This document shows positions 31,681 through 41,256 of a DNA stretch of 64,000 nt, in pieces. The notes beneath the pieces were generated by a model that made no database searches, had not been told where the DNA came from, and was given only the letters and a program-made list of their open reading frames with translations. A program made the position numbers and the translations under genes. This DNA comes from an uncultured Dehalococcoidia bacterium (lineage in GTDB: Bacteria > Chloroflexota > Dehalococcoidia > Lucifugimonadales > UBA3495): contig CATMOE010000001.1 in NCBI GenBank assembly GCA_950072105.1, forward strand, positions 154,096 through 218,095, in the 5' to 3' direction. Position 1 is the stretch's first letter; each line of letters begins with the position of its first letter.

Positions 31681-31766
31681 CTGACATCTAACTACTGTAA
31701 CCAAACTAAGATCAAGACTGAATGTCTTGGCTCAGGTTTCAAATCTAAGTTGACTGGTATCCAATT

Positions 31767-31967
31767 ATGAAAACAGACATCCATCCGAAATTCTATCACT
31801 CTGTGGTAACTTGCTCCTGCGGCAACGTGTTCCATACGGGCGCCACCAAGCCCACCATGCGCGTGGAGCTGTGCGGCAAGTGCCACCCCTTCTACACCGG
31901 TGAACAGCGGGTGGTTGATACCCAAGGCCGTATCGAGCGATTGAAGCGGCGTTACAGCCTGGATTAG
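31767..31967 (+). CDS. rpmE: 50S ribosomal protein L31 (Zn-binding type)
   Basis: MKTDIHP..CSCG...CGKCHPFYTG. Confidence 0.97.
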   Translation: MKTDIHPKFYHSVVTCSCGNVFHTGATKPTMRVELCGKCHPFYTGEQRVVDTQGRIERLKRRYSLD

Positions 31968-32202
31968 TCTGGGCATCGCCCTGGCGCCCCCCAGATGTTG
32001 CCTGGTTAACTCCTTGCCCTTAGGTTCAGGCGTGAATCTCCAAAGCTGGCAACCAATCCCATCCGTGGGCATGCATAAACCCCTCGCCGTTCAATCTTCC
32101 ATATGCTTCCGCAGGGGTTCGGATCACGATTAACCGCTTGCCGGGCCATGCGCGTACTCTGGATCGACTTCCTGAAGCGAGCAATACGAGGTAGGAACAG
32201 CG

Positions 32203-33198
32203 TTGGCGGAACTACCAAGATTTAACTACGGCGGACAGGCGGTCATTGAAGGCGTGATGATCCGGGGGCGGACCCACTTCAGCTTGGCAGTGCGGCGCCA
32301 AGATGGCACCATCTACCGTCAACAAGAACTCCTCAGTAATTGGTTTACCGGCCCGGTCCGGCGCATCCCTTTATTGAGAGGGATCCTGGTCCTTTTGGAG
32401 TCCCTCTCACTGGGAGTGAAGGCGCTTCGCCGCTCCGCCACTATCGCCATGCAAGAAGAGGATGGGGATCAGCATGAGGAGTTGCCCGCTTGGGCCATGG
32501 CCGGGACGCTGGCGGTGTCCATGCTGCTAGGCGTCGGGTTGTTTTTCCTTCTGCCTCTGCTAATCGTCTGGTTATTGGACCCATACATCGCTTCAGACTT
32601 GGCCAGCAACGTGATCGAAGGGGTCATCCGCCTCACGATCTTGGTTTCCTACATCAAACTGATCGGGCTTTCCAGCGATATCAAACGGGTATTTGCCTAC
32701 CACGGGGCCGAGCACATGGCGGTCCATACCTATGAAGCCGGCCTGGACCTGGTGGTGGAGAACGTTCGCAAATTCGGGACACCTCACCCCCGGTGCGGCA
32801 CCGCATTCTTGCTAACGGTGGTCCTGATTTCCATCGTCGTGTTCGCTTTCTTGCAGCGGCCTCCCATGGAGTGGCGTATAATTTCCCGCATCGCCTTGGT
32901 CCCGGTTATCGCGGCTTTCAGCTATGAAATCATCCGGTTTAGCGGGGCGCATCAGGAAGCATGGTTTGGGCGAATGATATCTCAGCCCGGACTGATATTG
33001 CAGCGGCTGACCACCAGGCAACCGGACGACTCCCAGATAGAGGTCGCCATCTGCGCCATGGAAACAGCCATCGCCGCCGATCAGGGACGAGAGTATCCGG
33101 AACCGATTGCCGCGGTCACCGGTGGAGAAACATCCGCTGAGATCGCAGATCCTGGCGGCTCGGAGGAAAACGCATCAGGGTCGAGCACCGACGGCTGA
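32203..33198 (+). CDS. DUF1385 membrane protein
   Basis: GGQAVIEGVM, YHGAEH, HPRCGT, LTT..P. Confidence 0.9.
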   Translation: MAELPRFNYGGQAVIEGVMIRGRTHFSLAVRRQDGTIYRQQELLSNWFTGPVRRIPLLRGILVLLESLSLGVKALRRSATIAMQEEDGDQHEELPAWAMAGTLAVSMLLGVGLFFLLPLLIVWLLDPYIASDLASNVIEGVIRLTILVSYIKLIGLSSDIKRVFAYHGAEHMAVHTYEAGLDLVVENVRKFGTPHPRCGTAFLLTVVLISIVVFAFLQRPPMEWRIISRIALVPVIAAFSYEIIRFSGAHQEAWFGRMISQPGLILQRLTTRQPDDSQIEVAICAMETAIAADQGREYPEPIAAVTGGETSAEIADPGGSEENASGSSTDG

Positions 33199-33220
33199 AG
33201 GAAGACCGGCTAAAGATTCG

Positions 33221-33574
33221 TCAGCTGTTCGACTGGGACTCCAGCAGCGGGGTCACGCCAACGTCAAGGCTTAGAAAGCTGAAACCAGCCCTCTCGGAAT
33301 AATGGCGGTCCAGATCGGTGTCACCGATGTGGTAATACTCCTCAGCCTCAAATTGCTCCTTCACCGTACTGAGTTGATGCTTCAACACCGTGAAATCGAC
33401 TGAGATTCCGCTGTCCCTCCACATCCGCTGCTGAGTGCTGATGGTCCGGTCGGAGCAGCTACCCACCAAAAACCCCAACTCCTTGGCTTTCCTCACCATG
33501 TCCAGGGTAATAATACCCGGCGGATCGCCGACTTCCAGGGTACCGTCAATATCGAAACTAATTAGCTTGGCCAA
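33221..33574 (-). CDS. Minimal HAD-family hydrolase
   Basis: FDIDGTL, HIGDTDLD. Confidence 0.8.
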   Translation of the reverse strand: MAKLISFDIDGTLEVGDPPGIITLDMVRKAKELGFLVGSCSDRTISTQQRMWRDSGISVDFTVLKHQLSTVKEQFEAEEYYHIGDTDLDRHYSERAGFSFLSLDVGVTPLLESQSNS

Positions 33575-33605
33575 ACATTTACCTCGAGCGTTGGGTTAGA
33601 TAGAT

Positions 33606-33827
33606 TCAGGCGGCATACCGTATCACCTCAAGTTCCGCCTCACCTGAGATGCCAACAAGAATCTCGTCGATACGGCTTAACACCGCATCTTCAATAAGGT
33701 ACTCAGGGCAGTTTTCACACTGGAGCACCGGAAGGCTCTTGAGAATGACTATGGAACTCTCGGTCGTCTTAAAGGGCAGATCACTGATGACCGAGTTCAT
33801 CTTGGCTCCACAGACGGTGCACTTCAT
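33606..33827 (-). CDS. YgiT/MqsA-type zinc-finger protein (putative antitoxin)
   Basis: CTVCG...CENCPE; coupled to the DUF4258-like gene. Confidence 0.8.
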   Translation of the reverse strand: MKCTVCGAKMNSVISDLPFKTTESSIVILKSLPVLQCENCPEYLIEDAVLSRIDEILVGISGEAELEVIRYAA

Positions 33828-34171
33828 GGTGTTGTTTTCCTTGTCTTAAAGTCGGCTTCCCACTCCTCCAGACTTGGCCGGTAGATGGTGATGACTCTAA
33901 CATTATCACCCAGGACATCAGCAGCAAACAAGACGTGGATTGAATCTCCGGATACCCGTCCCAGAAGCAAATAACTCGGAAGATACTTGTCGTCTGGATA
34001 GAATTCCACTATCTCGTACGAATCGACTGCATCAAGAATTGTTTGGCGGGCGACGAAACGGCCCTGGAGTCGGAGGTGCACATGGTACGTCCAGAGGAAT
34101 CGGCGGCCCCGGACACAAGCTTGAATGAAGCTTACTGGATTGTCCGGTTTTCTCCCTCCTAGACTCTCCAC
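33824..34171 (-). CDS. DUF4258-like putative toxin
   Basis: YPDDKYLPSYLL...IHV...VITIYRP..EW. Confidence 0.78.
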   Translation of the reverse strand: MESLGGRKPDNPVSFIQACVRGRRFLWTYHVHLRLQGRFVARQTILDAVDSYEIVEFYPDDKYLPSYLLLGRVSGDSIHVLFAADVLGDNVRVITIYRPSLEEWEADFKTRKTTP

Positions 34172-34180
34172 TTCTTTTTA

Positions 34181-34414
34181 CTATTTCCGCAAGCGAGTTT
34201 TAATATTCTCCCAAGTCGAACCGGAACCCGGATTGGCGTGATAGTCGGCGATCCTAAGATCTAGCTCGTCTTTGTGTGATCTGGGTACTTCAAGCGCGTC
34301 GGCCCCTGCTGCTATGCTATCCCATATATCTCCTGCAAGCATTACCCGCTCCGCAAGACTGAGGCGATCTGTTCCCAGAGATTTGGCGTTTCCAGGCATC
34401 TCGATATCTCGCAA
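34181..34414 (-). CDS. Putative addiction-module antitoxin component
   Basis: LSLAERVMLAGDIWDSI...ELDLR...STWE pattern; no RelE/ParE gene directly after it. Confidence 0.65.
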   Translation of the reverse strand: MRDIEMPGNAKSLGTDRLSLAERVMLAGDIWDSIAAGADALEVPRSHKDELDLRIADYHANPGSGSTWENIKTRLRK

Positions 34415-34498
34415 GACGCACTCAAATAAGTTAGACGGCTCCTTCGACAGGTTACGTTGCGTATCGGTAGAAGTGCAGGTGAATCGGATAGCGCGGCC

Positions 34499-35002
34499 CT
34501 AAATCTGGTGCTGCCAAACCGTCCCCTTGGGCGGCTCGTCTATCAGCCGGAACTGAGGGAGGGTGAAGCCGTCTTCGCCGTCTAGGAAAGCCACTTCCAC
34601 GCGCTTGCCGATGGCCACGTTCTCTTCTTTTTCCGGCTCCATGTTTTCGTCCACCAGGTTGGCGGTGATGCGTAGACCGTCATATTGATCGGGCTGTCCG
34701 CTTTGCTCGTCCAACTCCACCAATACGATGGCGAACGGAGCCCAATCCCGAAAGCTGGGAACGACGGTGTGAGCCACGATCTGGTAGCTGTATATGGTAC
34801 CTTTGCCGCTGACCTGATTCCATTCCCATTGCAATGAGGTGCACCAGGGACAACCGGGGCCCGGCTCTCCCCGTAACAGGCCGCAGTCCAAGCATTTCTT
34901 CACCACCAGCCGATGCTCGGCCGCCGCCTCGAAATACCCTTTGTATTCGGTATCAGCGTCCGAGATGTTGATCTGCTGTCCCCGGTATTCATACGAGGGC
35001 AT
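34499..35002 (-). CDS. DUF35 Zn-ribbon/OB-fold protein (ChsH2-like)
   Basis: CLDCG...CPWC, SGKGTIYSY, VELDE. Confidence 0.88.
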   Translation of the reverse strand: MPSYEYRGQQINISDADTEYKGYFEAAAEHRLVVKKCLDCGLLRGEPGPGCPWCTSLQWEWNQVSGKGTIYSYQIVAHTVVPSFRDWAPFAIVLVELDEQSGQPDQYDGLRITANLVDENMEPEKEENVAIGKRVEVAFLDGEDGFTLPQFRLIDEPPKGTVWQHQI

Positions 35003-35006
35003 ACCT

Positions 35007-36227
35007 TTATCTCCTCATGATCAGGGAGCTACCCACCGCCGGCGTGCCCCAACCCATGTTCATACTTACTTCAGCGTTCCTGACTTGGCGGCAATGGCCC
35101 TCCGAGTAGTCGTAGGTGTGGATGCCTTCCAGGGCCTGGGGGCAATAGTCATCCACCGTCCCACGCAATTGACGGACGTTTTCGATGACCATGTTCATAC
35201 CGTGGGTATACGCCTCGCACAGGTGGCCGCCGCTGGTGTTGTTGGGCCGCCGGCCGCCCAGATTGATCGTTCCGCTCTTTACGTAGTCCTTGCCTTCCCC
35301 CTTCTCGCACCACCCGTAATCCTCGAATTGGAGCAGGGCGGTGTAAGTGAAAGCGTCGTAACAACCGGTAACGTCCACATCGTCGTGCGTGACTCCCGCC
35401 AGTTCAAAAACCCTGGGGCCAACGTAGTAGCCGGCCACCCGGCTGGCGGGACCGTGCTGGTAGTGGAAGTCGCCGCCGGGCTTGGTCCCTCGGCCTTGAA
35501 CCCCCAGTATGTATACCGGTTTTTGCTTCAGGTCCTTAGCGCGCTCGGAGGACGTGACGATCACGCAAGTGGCGTTGTCCGTTTCCAGGCAGCAGTCCAG
35601 CAGGTGAGCCACCGGACGGATGATCCAGCGGGAATTCATCACATCTTCGACAGTCACCCGCTGTTTCATCAAGGCTTTAGGGTTATTGCTGGCGTGATTG
35701 CTGTGGGCCACTTTGATGTGGGCCAGATCCTCGTTCTTAACGCCATATTCCATCATGTGGCGGGTGAAGGTGAAAGAGAATTGCTGAACGGCGCTGATCA
35801 GGCCGTAGGGCCGCTTCATCAGGTCGATACCGGTGATGGGGGACGCGGCACGAACTCCTGTACCGCCGATGCGCATCTGGGAGTAGCCGTTCATCGACCG
35901 GAAGATGGCCACTGTGTCGCACATGCCCGCTTCGATCGCTCCCATGGCCAGGCCAACCAAGGCCTCGGTGCTGGAGCCACCCCCGGAGCAGTCCATGTAG
36001 AAGTTGGGCCTTAGGCCCAGGTCGTACATGATAGAGGTAGACGGCGTCGAGTCACCGCCATGGTAGCTCAACATCCCGTCCACGTCTCCCGGTTTGAGCC
36101 CCGCGTCGTTCATGGCATTGCGGATGGCCTCGGCGCCCATGGCCCGGGTAGTGCGGCCTGAGCCCCGGCTAAACTCGGTTTCGCCAACCCCGGCGATGCA
36201 GTATTTACCTCTCAAACTAGTGTTCAC
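35007..36227 (-). CDS. Thiolase-like protein (SCP2/Ltp type, possibly aldolase)
   Basis: IAGVGET, DCCLETD, YDAFT, NTSGGHL; upstream of a DUF35 gene. Confidence 0.88.
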   Translation of the reverse strand: MNTSLRGKYCIAGVGETEFSRGSGRTTRAMGAEAIRNAMNDAGLKPGDVDGMLSYHGGDSTPSTSIMYDLGLRPNFYMDCSGGGSSTEALVGLAMGAIEAGMCDTVAIFRSMNGYSQMRIGGTGVRAASPITGIDLMKRPYGLISAVQQFSFTFTRHMMEYGVKNEDLAHIKVAHSNHASNNPKALMKQRVTVEDVMNSRWIIRPVAHLLDCCLETDNATCVIVTSSERAKDLKQKPVYILGVQGRGTKPGGDFHYQHGPASRVAGYYVGPRVFELAGVTHDDVDVTGCYDAFTYTALLQFEDYGWCEKGEGKDYVKSGTINLGGRRPNNTSGGHLCEAYTHGMNMVIENVRQLRGTVDDYCPQALEGIHTYDYSEGHCRQVRNAEVSMNMGWGTPAVGSSLIMRR

Positions 36228-36286
36228 GTGGCCACCTTATGTAATGGATTGGTTAAAAGCGGTAACTTGATTCCTATTTCGTGTGG

Positions 36287-36355
36287 CCTTCACCCTGCCA
36301 CCGCTGCCATCGGCGGCACCCGTCTCCCTGCAGGAGAGGGGCCGGGGGTGAGGGG
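36287..36355. repeat. Degenerate REP-like palindrome (CCCTCTCCC...GGAGAGGG type)
   Basis: CCCGTCTCCCTGCAGGAGAGGGGCCGGGGGTGAGGGG directly after the stop of 36357-37649. Confidence 0.55.
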
Positions 36356-36356
36356 A

Positions 36357-37649
36357 TTAAAGCAGATTCCACCGGGGATTCTTGGCAGCCTCTTCTTTCA
36401 TATAGTCGACGATCCAGTCCCGCACATTTTCCTCTACGTAGATAGTCGGGCGGATCAAATCGGCTTCGTCGGAGATCAGTCCTTCCTTGATGGCGGTGGC
36501 AACTAAAGGCGAGCCAGGCAGGACCGGGCTTCCGATGCGGAGGTTGGCCATGGCCGGCTTGATGGAATGCAAAAACGCCAGCTTATCGGCCACCGTTTGC
36601 TCGGTTTCCCCCACCTCGCCAAAGCTCTGGGCGATGGTGTAATGGAGGCCCCCCTCTTCGCACATGGCGCAAACCTGGCGTAGCGGCTCCAGACGTTCAC
36701 CCAGAGTCTCGCCGTCGTGCAGATCACCCCTGATGCCTCCCATGATTACCAGGGCGCACCCGGACTGCTTCATCAGCCCTACGATCTCCGCATCGCAGCT
36801 AAAGGGGGCCAGACAGGTATTCCAGTTCAGTTTAAGGTCTGCCTCCAGAAACGCGTGGCACAGGGCCTTCGCGTGGTCCAGCGGGATGTTGAAGCCGTTG
36901 TCTATGAAGAACACTTTCCGCAGACCAAACTTCTCTTCCATCTCCTTAACTTCGCTGACGACTTCATCGATGGGCCGGATGACCCGCCAATCTGGCTCTT
37001 TCACTTGACCGTTGGAATCCGGCGTTGGATAGGAGAAGTCGCCCAGCTTGGTCAAGACGCCGATGCCGAAACCCGCCTTGGTGTACTTTTCCATGTCCAG
37101 GTCTTCCAGCCTTGGCGGCTTGTTGAAACCTGATTTGGCGCGGACCCCGTTGAACACTACCTCTCCGTTTTCCCGGTACACCAACCCGGACAGATGCCCG
37201 TAAGAGCTGTTGGAATCCAGCAGATCGGCCAGCTCGGCAAAAGTCTCGCCTCCATCCCCGGCGATCCCCAGATCCGGACCCATGTAGGCGAAACACTCTT
37301 TAGGCAGGAAGTTGAACGCCGGCCCGCCGACGACGATCTTGGCTGAGGAAAGGCTGCGAACCTTGTCGATAACTTCTTTAGAGGTAGGCAGCGCCCATTG
37401 GGGGTCGATATAGCTGTGATTGCCCAGATTGCGGATGGATATGCCCACCATCTCCGGCTGGAACTCCTTGACCGTGTCTTCCACGTCGGCGATGTAGTCG
37501 TCGGAGAACATCAAGTCAAGGACCTTAAGGCTGTGACGGTCCTGGTCCAAATGGCCGGCCACGTAAGCCAAACCAATGGGCAACGGCCGAGCGTCCATGC
37601 GGCTCATCAGCCGGTGGTGGCGGTTGGTCGCAATCAATAAGACTCTCAT
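36357..37649 (-). CDS. Cobalamin-binding radical-SAM-like protein lacking CxxxCxxC
   Basis: PIGLAYVA, GISIRN, VGGPAF, GDGGE B12-domain motifs; TKLGDFSYP where TKRGCxxxCxxC is expected. Confidence 0.75.
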   Translation of the reverse strand: MRVLLIATNRHHRLMSRMDARPLPIGLAYVAGHLDQDRHSLKVLDLMFSDDYIADVEDTVKEFQPEMVGISIRNLGNHSYIDPQWALPTSKEVIDKVRSLSSAKIVVGGPAFNFLPKECFAYMGPDLGIAGDGGETFAELADLLDSNSSYGHLSGLVYRENGEVVFNGVRAKSGFNKPPRLEDLDMEKYTKAGFGIGVLTKLGDFSYPTPDSNGQVKEPDWRVIRPIDEVVSEVKEMEEKFGLRKVFFIDNGFNIPLDHAKALCHAFLEADLKLNWNTCLAPFSCDAEIVGLMKQSGCALVIMGGIRGDLHDGETLGERLEPLRQVCAMCEEGGLHYTIAQSFGEVGETEQTVADKLAFLHSIKPAMANLRIGSPVLPGSPLVATAIKEGLISDEADLIRPTIYVEENVRDWIVDYMKEEAAKNPRWNLL

Positions 37650-37750
37650 TCATCTCTCCGGCAGGGGAATGGAACTGGGTAAATCGATAATATCGCCCCT
37701 GGATTATCGTCCGTATTATCGTCTAACGAGGTTTGTTTGACAATCCGTGG

Positions 37751-37850
37751 GTCATTCTGGCGCAGGCCGGAATCCAGGAAACCTTTCGGAACAGGGGCAA
37801 TGCCAAAGGAGAAGCGCCGTCTCTGGGTTCCGGCTTTCGCCGGAAAGACG
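37751..37850. repeat. REPIN-like inverted doublet
   Basis: GTCATTCTGGCGCAGGCCGGAATCCAGG, 44-nt spacer, CTGGGTTCCGGCTTTCGCCGGAAAGACG. Confidence 0.75.
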
Positions 37851-38062
37851 AGGGAGGACAAATGGTACGTCTCGATTTATCGGCGGCAGGCGGCATTCCC
37901 GCATAGCCCGAAATTTCCCAGAATATTCAAGATCAGCAGCCTCCATTTAAGACGCGATTGCGCTGTTTGGTTAACTTAGTCGTATAACCGCTTGGGTCCG
38001 GGATAAAACCCACCACTTTCCCGCGTCGCACCTGGGTATGCATACCGCCTGATAACCACTTG

Positions 38063-38091
38063 TTGACAGTGGGAAGAGGCGGGGCTACACT
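38063..38091 (+). promoter_or_regulatory. Sigma70-type promoter for the CoA-transferase/thiolase cluster
   Basis: TTGACA, 17-nt spacer, TACACT. Confidence 0.65.
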
Positions 38092-38187
38092 CCGAACGAC
38101 CGCCTCGGTCACCCGGTTTTTAGACTTGCTTCCACCAAAAAAGCCGGGCTAACCTTATTCATTAACATCTGCAAGGAGGCCGCCAAT

Positions 38188-39516
38188 ATGAGCCTGCCCC
38201 GTCCGTTAGAGGGAATCCGGGTGGTGGACTTCACCTGGGTTAGGGCCGGACCTTGGGCCGCCCGTTGGCTCGGCACATTTGGGGCCGAAGTTATCAAAGT
38301 AGAGTGGCCGGAAAATCTGGACATCCTGCGCATGAACCGGTTCACCATCCCCACCGGTGTGGAACCCGGACCCAACTCAACCGGCCAATTCGCCGACACC
38401 AACGCCAACAAACGTGGCATCACCCTCAATGTTCGAACTCCCAAGGGGCTTGAGGTCATCAAACAGCTCATCGCCGTTTCCGACGTCGTGATCGAAAACT
38501 TCAGCTCCCGGATCATGCAGCGGTTCGGCCTAGGCTACGACGAACTGAAACAGATCAAGCCCGACATCGTTTACATCTCCATGGCCGGCTTCGGCCAGAC
38601 CGGACGGCATCACTATTACGGCACCATGGGTCCGGCTGCCCAGGCCTTATCCGGACTGACATTTCTGTCCGGACTGCCCGGCGCTCCTCCGGCGGGTTGG
38701 GGCTGGTCGTACTTGGACGACACCGGCGGAATGTATGGGGCCATGTGCGCCTTGACCGCCTTGCGGCATCGCAATGCCACAGGGAAGGGACAGCACGTAG
38801 ACCTGTCCCAGATGATCACCGGCATCACCTTGACCGGCTCCGCTTTCTTGGATAAGACCGTCAACGGCCGCGAAGCCCGCCGAGAAGGGTATCCCCCCGG
38901 CAACCGAACCACCTGGCCCGGCGCGCCCGTCACCAACAATTACCGGGGTCCCACGGTGGCCCCTCACAACAGCTACCGAACCAAGGGCGGCGGCTACAAC
39001 GACTGGTGCGTCATCGCCTGCTTCTCCAATCAAGAGTGGAAGAATCTGCTCAAACTCATGGGGCCGCCCTCGTGGGCGGACGCCTCCAGGTTCGACACGT
39101 TGAGCGGACGCCTCGAACATCAAGAGGATTTAGACCGGGGCATCGAATCCTGGACTAAGACCTTGGAGAAGTACGAGTTGGCGGACAAGTGCCAGGCAGC
39201 CGGCGTGCGGGCTATGCCGGTGCAGAGCTCCGAAGACCGTGTGGAGCACGATCCACAACTAAGAGACCGGGGCATGTACACCGAGATGGACCACCCCATG
39301 TTAGGACGGTGGAAATTCCAGAACGCTCCGTTCAAGTTATCCGGTTCGCCGCCGGAGATGCATCGGCCTCCTCCCATGATCGGTCAGCACAATCGTGAAG
39401 TCATGGAGGAGCTACTGGGTCTCAGCCATCGCGAACTTGAAGATGGTTATAAGGACGGCACTTTTTGGCCTGAAGAGATGCCGATGTACCCCTACGTTGA
39501 GGAGGCAATGAAGTGA
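38188..39516 (+). CDS. Class III (CaiB/BaiF) CoA transferase
   Basis: PLEGIRVVD, GAEVIKVE, NANKRGITLN, ENF, GFGQTG, YLDD. Confidence 0.92.
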   Translation: MSLPRPLEGIRVVDFTWVRAGPWAARWLGTFGAEVIKVEWPENLDILRMNRFTIPTGVEPGPNSTGQFADTNANKRGITLNVRTPKGLEVIKQLIAVSDVVIENFSSRIMQRFGLGYDELKQIKPDIVYISMAGFGQTGRHHYYGTMGPAAQALSGLTFLSGLPGAPPAGWGWSYLDDTGGMYGAMCALTALRHRNATGKGQHVDLSQMITGITLTGSAFLDKTVNGREARREGYPPGNRTTWPGAPVTNNYRGPTVAPHNSYRTKGGGYNDWCVIACFSNQEWKNLLKLMGPPSWADASRFDTLSGRLEHQEDLDRGIESWTKTLEKYELADKCQAAGVRAMPVQSSEDRVEHDPQLRDRGMYTEMDHPMLGRWKFQNAPFKLSGSPPEMHRPPPMIGQHNREVMEELLGLSHRELEDGYKDGTFWPEEMPMYPYVEEAMK

Positions 39517-40790
39517 CCAACGATGCCTCGTCCAACTCCGACGGACTCGCCGGACCTTTGTCAGGACTCAGAGTCCTAGAACTGGCCGACGAAAAGGGCC
39601 AATTTTGCGGCAAGTTGATGGGAGACTTGGGCGCCGACGTTATCAAGATCGAACCTCGAGGAGGGCAGAACACCCGCTCGGTAGGCCCATTTTACAAAGA
39701 CATCCCCCACCCGGACCGTAGCCTTTCTTTCTGGCATTACAACACTTCCAAACGGGGCATCACCCTGAATCTGGAATCAACCGAAGGGCGGGAGTTGTTC
39801 CTCCGACTAACGGCCACCGCGGACATAGTTCTAGAAACCTTCCCTCCCGGCTATCTTCCCGCGCTGGGTTTGGGATACAAAGACCTGGCCGCCGGGAACC
39901 CCGGTTTAGTCGTGTGTTCATTGACGCCATTCGGGCAGACGGGACCGTGGCGCGACTATCTCACCTGCGATCTGGCCCACCTGGCAGCCGGCGGCCAGAT
40001 GGCCTCGTCGGGCTACGACTCCGACGATGTCGCCGACGCCCCTCCCATCGCCCCCGGCGGCGGCAACGCCTGGCATATCGGCAGCCATTACGCCTACATG
40101 GGTATCATGGCCGCTCTTTTCTACCGCGATACCACCGGCGAAGGCCAATACATCGACGCTTCGGTCCACGAAGCCTGCGCCCTCACCACCGAAGGGGCCA
40201 TCGCCATATATCTCTCAACCGGTGAGGTTGTGCAACGGCACACCGGCCGCCACGCCTCGCCCGATAACTCGGTCAAGATTCAACTGCCCACCCAGGACGG
40301 CGGCTGGGTCAACGTTACCCGGTCCGGGTCGGCATTGAACCCGGCCCGTTTGCGCCGGTTGGCCGAATGGATGGACGAGCACGGGCTGGCCCAGGACCTG
40401 CTGGACGAAAAATACCAAGACTTGGCCACGGTCCAGGCCGATGCCCGGCACACCACCGACGTGCTGGCCAACTTTTTCGCCAACATGCCCCAAGAGGACC
40501 TATGGACCGGCGGTCAGGAGCGGGACTTCCCCTGGGGAGCGATCCGGACGATGGACGAGATCATGGGAGACCCGCATCTCGAAGACCGGGGGTTCTTCGT
40601 GGAAGTGGAACACCCGGAACTGGGCCAAAGCTTTACCTATCCCGGAGCGGCGGCGATCTACAACGGCTCGCCCTGGGCCATCTCCCGCCGCGCCCCGTTG
40701 ATCGGCGAGCACAACGAGGATATCTTTTGCGGGGAACTGGCGCTCAGTAAGGGAGAACTTACCCTGTTGGCGGAATCCGGAGTGATTTAG
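39513..40790 (+). CDS. Class III CoA transferase (probably non-catalytic subunit)
   Basis: LGADVIKIEP, NTSKRGITLN, PFGQTGP; catalytic Asp not evident. Confidence 0.88.
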   Translation: MTNDASSNSDGLAGPLSGLRVLELADEKGQFCGKLMGDLGADVIKIEPRGGQNTRSVGPFYKDIPHPDRSLSFWHYNTSKRGITLNLESTEGRELFLRLTATADIVLETFPPGYLPALGLGYKDLAAGNPGLVVCSLTPFGQTGPWRDYLTCDLAHLAAGGQMASSGYDSDDVADAPPIAPGGGNAWHIGSHYAYMGIMAALFYRDTTGEGQYIDASVHEACALTTEGAIAIYLSTGEVVQRHTGRHASPDNSVKIQLPTQDGGWVNVTRSGSALNPARLRRLAEWMDEHGLAQDLLDEKYQDLATVQADARHTTDVLANFFANMPQEDLWTGGQERDFPWGAIRTMDEIMGDPHLEDRGFFVEVEHPELGQSFTYPGAAAIYNGSPWAISRRAPLIGEHNEDIFCGELALSKGELTLLAESGVI

Positions 40791-40802
40791 AGGAGTAAGG
40801 AG

Positions 40803-41204
40803 ATGAGTCAAGACAAGATATCCGCGAATCTAGCCGCTGTCGAGGCCCACTTTGCCAGCGAATCAACGGGCAGGATAGAAGACGCGATCGACCTGTACAC
40901 CGACGACGTCGTCTGGGAAGCCCCCGCCCGGAATCTAGTGATTTCGGGGAAAGAGGCGGTGGCCGCCAACTACCGGGATATTTTTTCCGTGTTGAAAAAC
41001 GTGGAATTCCATACCAAAGACCGCTTCGCCACCGAGGACCGGGTCGTCGATGACAGCGTGGTTACATTTGAGGTGGCTAAGGAAGGGTTCGTCCCCTTCC
41101 CGGTGGGCACAAAGTGTGAGATGCGGCTGACCCACATCTTCGAGATGCGAGACGGCAAGATAAGCAAGGAGATTGGGATAGAAGGGCCTCCCAAAGAGAG
41201 ATAG
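40803..41204 (+). CDS. SnoaL/NTF2-like protein
   Basis: YTDDVVWEAP, SGKEAV, HIFEMRDGKI. Confidence 0.85.
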   Translation: MSQDKISANLAAVEAHFASESTGRIEDAIDLYTDDVVWEAPARNLVISGKEAVAANYRDIFSVLKNVEFHTKDRFATEDRVVDDSVVTFEVAKEGFVPFPVGTKCEMRLTHIFEMRDGKISKEIGIEGPPKER

Positions 41205-41256
41205 CAAGCGGTGCACACGGCGATTATTCAACTAAACTTCCAGTAGGGTGAAGGTT

